From an uncultured delta proteobacterium (GTDB taxonomy: Bacteria > Myxococcota_A > Polyangia > Polyangiales > Polyangiaceae), in NCBI GenBank assembly GCA_963841435.1, contig CAWJCS010000003.1:896001-960000 (forward strand): a stretch of DNA of 64,000 bases, read 5' to 3'. Of this stretch, positions 39,930 through 49,441 are shown piece after piece. Within the stretch, counting starts at the first letter, position 1; each line of letters starts with the position of its first letter. The notes beneath the pieces were generated by a model, which was not told the origin of the DNA, ran no database searches, and saw only the letters and a program-made list of their open reading frames with translations. The position numbers and the translations under genes are program-made.

Positions 39930-41159
39930 AGGAACGCGTGCAGCTGCGTGAGAATGGTCGTCTCCGGGGGGCGAATGATCGCGTCGAGTCGAAGATCGAG
40001 GTGGGGCAGGAAGAACCAGGCCGCCGAGGCCCAGACGCCGATCCCCGGCTTGCCGACCGTCTTCGTGGCCTCGAGGCCGAGCACCTGGTCGGCCTTCGGC
40101 TGGCCCGAGTCGAGCACCTCGCCGGTGAGCAGGGCGTGCAGCCCCTGTACGATCTCGTAGTCGGCCTGCAAGAACCCCGTGTAACCGAGCGAGCGCGTCG
40201 AGTCGGTGATGAGGTCGGCCTCGGCGAGCACGGCAACGGGGTCGCCGATGGCGAAGCGCGTGAAGAGCCCGTGAGCGCCGCGCGCGACGTTGGACTCGAG
40301 GGTCAGGCGATCGCGCTTGGCGTACGTGTACAAGCTCGACACGCCGAAGGCGGCGCGGCTGCCCACCATGAGCTCCAAGTAGAAGCTGTAGCCGCGCTCA
40401 CGAAACTCGTCGGGGTTGATCTGGTAGTTACCCAAGATCACCATCCCCTCGCCCCGTACGGCCTCGGAGTTGTAGGCGAGCGCGAGGCCGTGCTCTTGAT
40501 CGGATTCTCGATCGGTGCGCGTCGCCTCCCTCACCCACATCGTGTGCTCGGGGATTCGCACGCCGAACGGCAGGTTCAAGCGCCCGGCGCGCGCCGTCCA
40601 GGTGCCCTCGCCGAAATCCATGCCGATGTAGTGGTTGCGCGAGATGGCGTTGAATTCCTTGCCCTGTCCCGTCGTCACCTGCGCGGCGCGCGCGTGCGGC
40701 GAGCCCACGGCGACGCGCGACGCCCCCACGCTGCCTCCGGCGAAAAAGGAGCCGAAGCGCAGCTGTCCGTACAGATCCATCTGCATCGGGAAGGCCCTGA
40801 AGTCGCCGCTCTTCAGCGTCGACGCCATGCGCAAGCTGCCGCCCATGAGCAGCGGCTCGGGAAGCTGGATGAAGCCGAGGAACCCCGACGTTCGAGCTCG
40901 GCTCTGCCTCCTCGGCGTTCTTTCCGTCGTAGCGCATGCGCAGCAACAGATCGCTCTGCGCGCGGCCGTAAGCCGTGAGCACCTCACCGCCCGACGGATC
41001 GCCGTGGCACACGGGGCAGCCCGTGTACGCATGACGGATCATCCACGTGTACGCGTCGGCACGACGCGGCGTCAGAAGGACGACGGCGAAGCCCGCTGCG
41101 ATCAACAGCGCGCGCAGAAGCCCGCGAAGAGCGGGCGAGGAGTGCGCGGCGACCGGCAT
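39926..41159 (-). CDS. Monoheme cytochrome c-beta-barrel (porin-like) fusion; +1 frameshift at about 40891
   Basis: Signal peptide, YTWMIRHAYTGCPVCH..LTAYGR, then amphipathic strands (RAGRLNLPFG) ending QLHAFL. Confidence 0.78.
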
Positions 41160-41326
41160 GCGTCAGCACTATTTTACGGCGGCGCACCCGCTGTCAATCA
41201 CAAGAACAGGGTTTTTCTGGTGAAACTCGTGCGCGGTTGGCACAGACGCAGAGCGACGCACGGCAGAGCTCACCCGTGCGCGCAAGCCGTGCGCGGGGGA
41301 AGCCTCGAATCGAGACGGTGTCGCGA

Positions 41327-41878
41327 TCAGCTCTCGCGCAGCTTGAACTTCGCGGTGACCTTGACCTTCGTGTCGGTGCACACGCCGAGGTAGCAGGGCT
41401 TCTCGATGCCGTGGTCGGTGATGTTGACCTCGAAGTTGCCGTTGACGAGCAGGTCGCTGCCGAGCCGCTTCACGGTGTAGTTGAACTTCTTGTCCTTCGT
41501 AACGCCGTGGAGGCGGAACTTGCCGGTGGCGCTGCCCGAAACCTCTTGCTTGTCGGCAGGCATCTTGATGGCGCTCTTCTCGACGGTGAGGCTTGCGTCG
41601 GGGAACTGCTCGACGCCGAGGTAGCGCCCCGTGTGCTTGTCCCTGAGGCCGATGCCCGTCTTCAGGTTCTTGAGCGACGCCTTGAGGACGAGCTTGCCGC
41701 CATCCTCCGCTGCCGTGAGCTGGTTGCCGTGACCGTTGATCTTGAGACCGCCCGGCCCGGTGGCAGTGAACGTCACGTCCGGCTTGTCGATGACTTTCAG
41801 GGAGGAGGCCGCAGCAACGGCCGCGAAAGTGAGCGCGGCGAGCGCGGGTGCGAAGCGAGCAATACCGAAACGGGCCAT
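41327..41878 (-). CDS. yceI: YceI family periplasmic lipid/quinone-binding protein
   Basis: Signal peptide; LKTGIGLRDKH, FP, GKFRLHGVTK, ITDHGIEKP. Confidence 0.88.
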   Translation of the reverse strand: MARFGIARFAPALAALTFAAVAAASSLKVIDKPDVTFTATGPGGLKINGHGNQLTAAEDGGKLVLKASLKNLKTGIGLRDKHTGRYLGVEQFPDASLTVEKSAIKMPADKQEVSGSATGKFRLHGVTKDKKFNYTVKRLGSDLLVNGNFEVNITDHGIEKPCYLGVCTDTKVKVTAKFKLRES

Positions 41879-41979
41879 CCAACAGTTCTCCTTGACCTTG
41901 TTCACTCTGGAATGCCCGGCGCCTTCAGCGCCGGGTCCACGAATCCACAAAACGTACTACGGGGCATCGGGGCGACGGA

Positions 41980-42054
41980 TTCCCTAGAATATTAAGTAAG
42001 AGTGTTTTCCACATCTTAGCGAATCATGTTTTTATGTGAATGGAATTTTATTTC
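41980..42054. promoter_or_regulatory. AT-rich regulatory island upstream of the yceI operon
   Basis: Strongly AT-rich stretch in a high-GC background, between the rsmG stop and the yceI start. Confidence 0.5.
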
Positions 42055-42055
42055 G

Positions 42056-42697
42056 TCAGGAAGGGACGAGCGGGGCGTAGAGCGCCGCTCGGCGCTCCTT
42101 GCCGCAGAGCGGCCACCGAAACGCCACCTCCCGGACCAGGGACCAGCCCTCTCGGGCAGGGAGCGCCCCCCGCGCCATGAGCACCCAGACTCCCCGGCGC
42201 GCAATGCGAGCCCCCTCGGCCAGCCACTCGGGCGGAGGCAGCGTCGCACGCGAGATGGCCACGTCGAACGACGCCGCCGCGAGCGACTCCGAGCGGGCGC
42301 GCTCGACGCGCACCGAAAGCGGCGCGAGGGACGCCAGGGTCGTGCGCAGAAACGCGACGCGCTTGGCGCGCGGCTCGAGCAGCGTCATGTCGAGGTCGGG
42401 TCGGAGCAGGCCGAGGCCGAGACCGGGGGCGCCGATGCCGCTTCCCACGTCTACCCAGCGTTCTTCGCGCGCCACGAGACCGGAGGCGACGATGGCGGCC
42501 GCGTCGGCGAACAGCAGGTCGACGAGCTCCCCTGGGTCGCTCACGCTCGTGAGATCGATGCGCGCGTTCCAGGTGACCGCCCGCTCGACGAACGTCACGG
42601 CCCGAGCCACGAGGGGCGACCCCTCTTCGGAAAGGAGGCCGAACGCCCCGAACTCGCGTGCGACGAGCGCGGAAAAGTCGGGACCCGAGTTGGCCAA
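42056..42697 (-). CDS. rsmG: 16S rRNA m7G527 methyltransferase
   Basis: WNARIDLT, VDVGSGIGAPGL, LEPRAKRVAFL, ISRA. Confidence 0.88.
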   Translation of the reverse strand: MANSGPDFSALVAREFGAFGLLSEEGSPLVARAVTFVERAVTWNARIDLTSVSDPGELVDLLFADAAAIVASGLVAREERWVDVGSGIGAPGLGLGLLRPDLDMTLLEPRAKRVAFLRTTLASLAPLSVRVERARSESLAAASFDVAISRATLPPPEWLAEGARIARRGVWVLMARGALPAREGWSLVREVAFRWPLCGKERRAALYAPLVPS

Positions 42698-42725
42698 GGG
42701 CCCAAGAGTACTCTAGGAAGAGCGC

Positions 42726-43772
42726 ATGGTGCCCGCCGACGCAGCGCCGCCCTTCGGGGACGTGGCGTTGGAGCTCCTTGGTCGGGTCACGGGGCGCGCG
42801 GGGCCATTCGCGCTGACCGAGCTCGCAGGCGGCGCGTCGCCGCGGCGCTTTCTGCGCGTCGAGCTCGGTCCCGGGCAGCACGCCGTGCTCATGGTCGTCC
42901 CGCCCGAAACGCCCGACGTGGCGTTCGCCCGCGAGCGCGGTCGCCCCTGGCCGTTTCTCGAAGTGCGTGAGCTGCTCGAAAGCCGGGCCGTGCGCGTGCC
43001 TCGTCTGCTCGCCGAAGACCTCGCGCGCGGCCTTTTGCTCGTCGAGGACCTCGGGGTCACGCTCGCCGAGCACCTCGAACGCCGGCCTTTCGATCGCGAG
43101 CGACTCTACCGGCGCGCCGTGGTCGACCTCGCACGCGCGCAGGCGGCGCTCGAGCCGCTCCCCGAGGGGTCCGTCGTCGGCGAGCGGGGCTTCGACGAAA
43201 CGCTGTTTCGCGCGGAGCTCGAGCATTTCTGGGAATGGGCCGTCGTGGCGCGTGGCGTCGCGGGCGGCGCGCGGGCGGACTTCGACCGCGCCGTCGCGTG
43301 GCTGCTCGCAGAGCTCCTCGCGCTGCCTCGCGGCTTCTGCCATCGCGACTATCAGAGCCGCAACCTCATGGTGCTCGAAGCCGAGCGCGGCGACACCGAG
43401 CTCGCGTGGATCGATTTCCAGGACGCGCTGCTCGGGCCGCGCGCCTACGATCTCGTCGCGTTGCTCTGCGACAGCTACCAGCCGTTCGACCTCGCGTTCG
43501 TCGACGCGAGGCTCGACGACTACGCGGCGGCGCGCGAGCTCGACGCGACGGAGCGGCTCACGCTCGGTCGCGAGTTTGCGCTGCTCGCCGTGCAGCGCAA
43601 ACTAAAGGACGCCGGGCGCTTCGTGTTCATGGAGCGCCGGCGAGGCGATCCGAGCTTCCTCCCCTTCGTTGACCCGACGCTCGCGATGGTGCTCGCCGTG
43701 CTCGAGCGCCTCGGCGAGAGCGCCGTGCTCGGTGGCCTCGCGGCGCTCGTGCGGACCGCTCAGGGGCGCTGA
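42726..43772 (+). CDS. APH-family phosphotransferase (AmgK-like anomeric sugar kinase)
   Basis: GGASPRRFLR, LVEDLG, CHRDYQSRNLM, IDFQDALLGP, YDLVALL, QRKLKDAGRF. Confidence 0.85.
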   Translation: MVPADAAPPFGDVALELLGRVTGRAGPFALTELAGGASPRRFLRVELGPGQHAVLMVVPPETPDVAFARERGRPWPFLEVRELLESRAVRVPRLLAEDLARGLLLVEDLGVTLAEHLERRPFDRERLYRRAVVDLARAQAALEPLPEGSVVGERGFDETLFRAELEHFWEWAVVARGVAGGARADFDRAVAWLLAELLALPRGFCHRDYQSRNLMVLEAERGDTELAWIDFQDALLGPRAYDLVALLCDSYQPFDLAFVDARLDDYAAARELDATERLTLGREFALLAVQRKLKDAGRFVFMERRRGDPSFLPFVDPTLAMVLAVLERLGESAVLGGLAALVRTAQGR

Positions 43773-44696
43773 CCGGGCGGCGGAGGTGAGCTCGGATGGA
43801 GCGGCGCCCACACGTCGTCGAGCGCGCCGTCACAGAAAAGCAGCCAGCTCTGGTCCGGCAGCCCGACGCGGGCGGCGACCTCCCGAAGCACGCCGAGCGC
43901 GCGCTCGACCCCGTCGAGCGCCAGGTCCACGTACGAGTAGCGCACACCGACACCGCCTCCCACGACGCGCCCGCAGCGCTCCGACACGAGCGCCGCGTCG
44001 AGCGCGTCCTCGAGCACGCGGCGTGCCGACAGCGCGAGCCGCGGCTCGAGCTCCTTGCTCTTGACCTTGAGATAGCAGAAGAGCTCGCCGTGCCTGGAGA
44101 ACCGGCGCGACGCGAACGGCGCTCCACTCAGAAAGCACTTGAGCATCTCCGGCATGAACGTCGAGCAGAGCGCCACGTCGGTCTGAGCCGGGTAGTCGCG
44201 GGCGGGCTCGACGTTCGAGCTCGAGCAACGTCCAGCGCTGCTCGCCACCGAGCGCCCAGAGCGGACACGCCGGCAGGCCCTCGTAGAGACCCGAAACGGC
44301 GCGCGCGCACGTAGCGGGCAGCTCGGCGACGGGCCAGAACCTCGGGGCCCCCGCTTCCGCTTGCAGCACCGCGAGCGCGCCGCCGCGCGGAGCGGGCTGC
44401 ACGGCGAGCTCACCGACGAAGTCGTTGACGAAGGCGTCTCCAGCGAGCCCGCGCACGAGCTCGGCGGCGGCGGCGTGCTCGGTGTCGGTGCCGCGCCCGC
44501 CGGGTAGCTCGATGAGCACGTCGAGCAGGTGCCCCCGCGCGAACCCGGTGCGGGCGCGGGCGCGCGAAAGATCGATGCCGGTCCGTTCCTGCGTGCGCCC
44601 GACGGCCGCGTCGAAGTCGACCGCAGCACGCCCGCGCTCCGGCGACAGACGCAAAAGGAGGTCTCGCTCGGGGGGCAGAGCGCTCGGCGTCGGCAT
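43760..44696 (-). CDS. Hypothetical protein; +1 frameshift at about 44214
   Basis: Two overlapping ORFs join as WTLLELDVEPARDY; C-terminal LEDALDAAL..GGGVGVRYSYVDL. Confidence 0.65.
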
Positions 44697-44701
44697 GGCG
44701 A

Positions 44702-45316
44702 TCAGTGCACCTGGTGGCGCGCCTTCTTCTTCTTCTTGCTCTTCTTCGGGCCGAGCTCGAGCACTTCGGCGCGGACCTCGGCGACGCCGCGCCTCAACAT
44801 GCCGAGCTGCTCGGCGGCAGACGTTGAAAGGTCGAGAATCCTTCGGGATTTTCCGAAAGGCCCGCGGTCGTTCACGCGCACGTAAACGACGGCGCCCGTG
44901 TCGATGCGAATCACGCGCAACACCGTGCCGAATGGCAGCGTTCGATGCGCCGCCGTCGGCAGCGCCGGGTCGAAGACCTCGCCGCTCGCCGTCTTGCGCC
45001 CGGCGAACGCCGCGCCGTAGTACGACGCTTCGCCGCGCAGCACGCGGCGCGCGGAGCGCCCGCGGTAGGTCGCCTCGAGCTCGCGTGGGTTCCGCGAGGG
45101 CGCGGGTGGCGGCCGGCGCTCGCTCGTTCGCCCAGCCTTCGCCGCGGTCGGGGGCGACGGGGGTCCGGGCTCGGGCTCCGCTGCAACCGTGGGGGCGGCG
45201 CTCGCGGTGTGCGGGAGCGGCGGCGGCGTCTTGCAGGAGAGCACCACGAGCCCGACACCGAAGTGGAAGGCGCGCCTGATGTCACCGGCGCTGACGCGTG
45301 ACACACTCGGTAGCAT
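44702..45316 (-). CDS. rlpA: Septal ring lytic transglycosylase RlpA family lipoprotein
   Basis: GEASYYG, TASGEVFD, TAAHRTLPFGT, VRVNDRGPF, ILDLS. Confidence 0.93.
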   Translation of the reverse strand: MLPSVSRVSAGDIRRAFHFGVGLVVLSCKTPPPLPHTASAAPTVAAEPEPGPPSPPTAAKAGRTSERRPPPAPSRNPRELEATYRGRSARRVLRGEASYYGAAFAGRKTASGEVFDPALPTAAHRTLPFGTVLRVIRIDTGAVVYVRVNDRGPFGKSRRILDLSTSAAEQLGMLRRGVAEVRAEVLELGPKKSKKKKKARHQVH

Positions 45317-45423
45317 CGGACGAGACTACCGCGAACGACACGACGCCCGAAACCCCGTCCGGAGGGACGCACGCGAAGCCGCGGCAGCCGGGCGGGAACG
45401 GAGGGCCCCGCGAGCTCTCGGGC

Positions 45424-46032
45424 TCAGTCGATGAACGGGCCGGGGTCGCCAGCGCCCTCGCGCACGACCTTCGGCATGTTACCCGTGAGGTCGACGACCG
45501 TGGTCGGCTCGGTGCCGCCGGGACCGGCGTCGAGCACGAGCGCGAGACCCGGAAACTCGTCGTCGAGCTCGCGTGGATCGAGGTGCGGTACCTGACCATG
45601 GCGAGCCGCGGTGCTCGAGATGATCGGACGCCCGAGCTCGGTCACGAGCGCGAGGGCGACCGGGTGATTGGGGATGCGCACGCCGACCGTCCTGCGCGGC
45701 GTCTGCACGATGCGCGGCACCTCGCGCGTGGCCTCGAGGATGAAGCAGTAGGGCCCCGGCAAAAATTCCTTGAGCGTGTGGAAGACGCGATCGTGCATGA
45801 CGGCGTAACGCGCCACCTCCGTGAGATCGCGACACACGAAGGAGAGCATGTGGCTCTTGTCCATGCCCTTGATCTGATAGAGGCGGTCGACGGCCTTCTT
45901 GTTCATGAGATCGCAGCCGAGGCCATAAACGGTATCCGTCGGATAAGCGATGACCTCGCCCGCCTCGAGCGCATCGACGGCGCGGCGGATTTTACGCGGT
46001 TCTGGCCCCGTTGGGTTGATCTCGAGCAGCAT
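45424..46032 (-). CDS. Sua5/YciO/YrdC family protein
   Basis: IAYPTDTVYGLGC, LPGPY, VGVRIP, PTTVVDL. Confidence 0.92.
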   Translation of the reverse strand: MLLEINPTGPEPRKIRRAVDALEAGEVIAYPTDTVYGLGCDLMNKKAVDRLYQIKGMDKSHMLSFVCRDLTEVARYAVMHDRVFHTLKEFLPGPYCFILEATREVPRIVQTPRRTVGVRIPNHPVALALVTELGRPIISSTAARHGQVPHLDPRELDDEFPGLALVLDAGPGGTEPTTVVDLTGNMPKVVREGAGDPGPFID

Positions 46033-46036
46033 GGGC

Positions 46037-48073
46037 TCACGCTTCGATCTCGAGCAGCCGCGTCGTTCGCGGCAGAAGCTCGATGTCGAACGCGCCGACG
46101 CTAGCACGGAAGTCACGGCCGTCGAGCAAGTCCACGGCACGCGACACCCCTCGTAGCTCGACCCTGGCGAGCAGCGAGTGCTCGGTCGCGTTGATCACGA
46201 ACAAGACACGCGGCCGCCCTTCGCGGTCCACGTGCACGGTCGCGCGTGCCGCCTCGGGTGTCACTCTCAGCGTGGGGAGGGAAAGCTTGTCGCGCGCGCG
46301 CGAAACCGCGTGCGCGATGGCCTCGTCGTCGAACGGCAAGACCGGCGGCACCGCGTCCGAAGGCGACGCGGAAAGCTCGAGCGGCCGAGCGAGCGGTCGG
46401 AACGAACCGTCGAGGACTGGGGCGTGGGGCCCCAGCGTCACGGCGCGGCCCTGCGCGCGGACCTTTACGACGCGCTCGAAGAGCGCCGGGTCGAGCGCGC
46501 CCGGGCAGGCAATCAGCGTCCAGCGAGCGATTTTGAGAGAATGACGTGCCACGTCGTCGCTGGAAAAGGCGTACGGCAGATGCTCGCGCTCGAGCGCTGC
46601 CTCGAACCGCTCGAGGAACAGCGCGGTCTCGACCGCGCGCGGCGAGCCGAGCCCGAGCTCGTCCTCGAAACAGGCGTCGTCGGCACCGCCGCCCAGGACT
46701 TGCAGCGCCGCCGCGCTGAGCGGCCCGAAGGCGTGCATGACGCGAGCGAGACGGCGGAACGCGCGCGGCACCATGACGTGCACGGGGGCCTCGCGCGAGA
46801 GCTCCCAGAAGCGCACCTTCGTGAGCGCGGCGGCGAGACGTTGCCAAGCGTCGGCGCTCGGACGCTCGCGCCCCGTGCGGTCGAACGGCGCCCCGATCCA
46901 GCGATCGCGCTCGACGGTCATGTAGAGGTTGTAGCCGCGCAAGCCGTAGGCGAGCGCCGTGAGTGCCGTGAACGCGTTGTCTTCTTCGCCGAGCGGCGCG
47001 AAAAACGGTGGGAAGCCCGCGCCGAGCTCGCACGCGAACGCCGCATGGCCGCGCGCCGCCGAGCGCACGGCGAGCTCGGAGGTGCGGCGTGCGATCTCGG
47101 CGCGCTGCGGCGGGGAGGCGCCGTGGTAGTAGTCGAGTCCGAGAAGCTCGATGGCGTTGCCGACGCGACCCGGATCGAGTGGCGTCGCGGCCTCGCTGAG
47201 CGGCAGGTTGTGGGTCGTGGGGATGCCCGATAGGCCCGCCCGCTCGAGCCCGCGGCGAAAGCGCTCGAGCGCCGTGGCGAGCAAGACCTCCTGGAATTCC
47301 GCCCAATCGAGGTGCCGCGCGAGATCCGCGCTCGTGTTCGCGTGGAAACGGCGCGGGGGCTCGACGTTGAAGAACGTCACGCCCGGATCCCCGAGCGCCT
47401 CGCGCAGCCGCTCGACCTTGCCGTACTTGTCGCCGAGAAACGCGCGGAACAGGGCCACGGCATCGTGGTGGTAGTCCTGGTCGTAGACGCCGTCGCGAAA
47501 GTACATGGCCCCCTCGTTGTCGACCTGGAGCAAGACGATGGGGCCGCGAGGCCAGACGAGCGGCGCAAGCTCCCGGCCGACGGCTTCGAACCAGAAACCC
47601 GCCTCGGTGTGGAACGCCTCGCTCGCGTAGCTCGGCACCGGAAACGCGAGCGGTGGCACGGGGAGGGCGACGGGCTTCCCCCCCGCCGAGACCGCCTGGC
47701 ACTCCTTGTTCCAGATCACGCGCTCGGGGATGCCGAAGAACGTGAGCTCCGCGTTCACGTGCGGACCCGGCCGGGCAATCACCTTGAGGCCGAGCTCGCC
47801 CGCGAGGCGCACGAAACGCGTGACGTCACGGCGCGGATCGTGTTTGCCGAAGTCGAACTCGCCCGCCGCCCGCTCGTGGAGCCCCCACGGCACGTAGGTG
47901 TCGACGAGCCCGCAGCCGAGGCTCTTGACGGCCTCGAGCGCGGGACGCCATGCGTCGGGATCGAGGTGGAAATAGTGGACGCTCCCCACGAGGAGCGGGA
48001 GGACCTCCCGCCCCAGCCGCAAACCTTCCGGGACGAGCTCGATCCCCGAGTCTTGGCCCGCACGGCGGCTCAT
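46037..48073 (-). CDS. Beta-galactosidase-like glycoside hydrolase (GH35/GH42 clan)
   Basis: GSVHYF, TYVPWGLHE, ARPGPHVNAE, GPIVLLQVDNE, GYNLYM. Confidence 0.85.
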   Translation of the reverse strand: MSRRAGQDSGIELVPEGLRLGREVLPLLVGSVHYFHLDPDAWRPALEAVKSLGCGLVDTYVPWGLHERAAGEFDFGKHDPRRDVTRFVRLAGELGLKVIARPGPHVNAELTFFGIPERVIWNKECQAVSAGGKPVALPVPPLAFPVPSYASEAFHTEAGFWFEAVGRELAPLVWPRGPIVLLQVDNEGAMYFRDGVYDQDYHHDAVALFRAFLGDKYGKVERLREALGDPGVTFFNVEPPRRFHANTSADLARHLDWAEFQEVLLATALERFRRGLERAGLSGIPTTHNLPLSEAATPLDPGRVGNAIELLGLDYYHGASPPQRAEIARRTSELAVRSAARGHAAFACELGAGFPPFFAPLGEEDNAFTALTALAYGLRGYNLYMTVERDRWIGAPFDRTGRERPSADAWQRLAAALTKVRFWELSREAPVHVMVPRAFRRLARVMHAFGPLSAAALQVLGGGADDACFEDELGLGSPRAVETALFLERFEAALEREHLPYAFSSDDVARHSLKIARWTLIACPGALDPALFERVVKVRAQGRAVTLGPHAPVLDGSFRPLARPLELSASPSDAVPPVLPFDDEAIAHAVSRARDKLSLPTLRVTPEAARATVHVDREGRPRVLFVINATEHSLLARVELRGVSRAVDLLDGRDFRASVGAFDIELLPRTTRLLEIEA

Positions 48074-48207
48074 GGCGGCGCGAGGCTAGCACCCCCGGGT
48101 GATTGGGCGATGGGGGGGGCGGCGACGGGCCGATGACGGGCGGCAACCGGACGGCAAAACTCCGGGGATTGATCCGCGAAACGCGTAGCGCTAAAGATCC
48201 CGACCCC

Positions 48208-48513
48208 ATGACCTTCGTCGTCACCGACAACTGCAAGGGCTGCCGTTTTACGGATTGCGTCGCCGTCTGCCCGGTGGACTGCTTCCATGCCGACGCCGAG
48301 ATGCTCTACATCGATCCAGGCGAGTGCATCGACTGTGGTGCCTGCGTGCCGGAATGCCCGGTCGAAGCCATTTACGACGAGTCGCAGCTGCCCGACGACA
48401 AGCAGAGCTGGATCAAGCTCAACGCGGACAAGGCGCCGAGTCTGCCGGTCATCAATCAGAAGGGTGACCCGGCCCCCGGCGCCGAAGAGCGCAAGCAGGC
48501 CCTCGGCTTCTGA
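48208..48513 (+). CDS. fdxA: Dicluster ferredoxin (FdxA type)
   Basis: MTFVVTDNCKGCRFTDCVAVCPVDC and CIDCGACVPECP. Confidence 0.93.
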   Translation: MTFVVTDNCKGCRFTDCVAVCPVDCFHADAEMLYIDPGECIDCGACVPECPVEAIYDESQLPDDKQSWIKLNADKAPSLPVINQKGDPAPGAEERKQALGF

Positions 48514-48523
48514 CGGGACGCCT

Positions 48524-49441
48524 TCAGCGACCGAGCCCGTAGTGCTCGAGCAGGTCGTCGAGCGCCCGGGAGAGGGTGAAGCGCGGGGCCCACTCGACGG
48601 CCGCGCGGATCTTGCCGATGTCGGCAACCAGCAGCTCCCGATCGACGGGGCGCAAGCGCGACGGATCCACGGCGACGCTGAGGGGGCGACCGAGCTTTTC
48701 TCGCAACAGGTCCATGATCTCGGCCACGGAGTACGCCGTTCCCGAGCCCACGTTGAACGCCTCGCAGCCCCGAGCGCGCTCGGCAAGCCTCAGGATGGCG
48801 CCGGCGATGTCGCGCGTGTCCACGTAGTCGCGGCGCGCGGCAGTGTTGCCGAGCGGGACGTGGTCGCTCGTCTTCAGCGTGTCGAGGATGTGGGGGAAGA
48901 CGTGGGGGTTCGTCTCGCGGGCGCCGACGGCGTTGAAGATCCGCAGGAGGACCGCGGTGGCGCCGGACTCGGCGTGATACTCGCGAACCAGGGTTTCCCC
49001 CTCCGCCTTCGATTCGCCGTACACGTCGCAGGGCTCGACCCTCGAGGTCGCCTCGTTGCAGACCACGGTGTCGGGCGCGTAGACGGCGGCACTCGACGCG
49101 AACAGGACACCGGGCGCACCCGCGCCCTTGGCGGCGTCGAGCACGCTGCGCGTCCCGTCCACGTTGATGGACCGGGTCTCCTCGGGTCGCGCCACGCAAT
49201 CCGGGATGAAGTGGAGCGCCGCGAGGTGCACCACCCAGTCGGCGCGCGCGTCAACCATGGCGCGTTCGACGCGGTCCTGATCGCGCACGTCGCCCTCGAC
49301 GACGCCGACACCCGCCGGCAAGTAGTCGCGGCGACCGCGCACGAAGCTGTCGTAGACGACGAGCTCGTGACCGCTCGCCACGAGCTCGTCCGAAAGCGCA
49401 GAGCCGATGAAGCCCGCTCCGCCCGTCACGAAGAACCTCAC
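48524..49441 (-). CDS. NAD-dependent epimerase/dehydratase
   Basis: VTGGAGFIG, HLAA, ASSAAVY, YGESK, RDYV. Confidence 0.92.
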   Translation of the reverse strand: MRFFVTGGAGFIGSALSDELVASGHELVVYDSFVRGRRDYLPAGVGVVEGDVRDQDRVERAMVDARADWVVHLAALHFIPDCVARPEETRSINVDGTRSVLDAAKGAGAPGVLFASSAAVYAPDTVVCNEATSRVEPCDVYGESKAEGETLVREYHAESGATAVLLRIFNAVGARETNPHVFPHILDTLKTSDHVPLGNTAARRDYVDTRDIAGAILRLAERARGCEAFNVGSGTAYSVAEIMDLLREKLGRPLSVAVDPSRLRPVDRELLVADIGKIRAAVEWAPRFTLSRALDDLLEHYGLGR

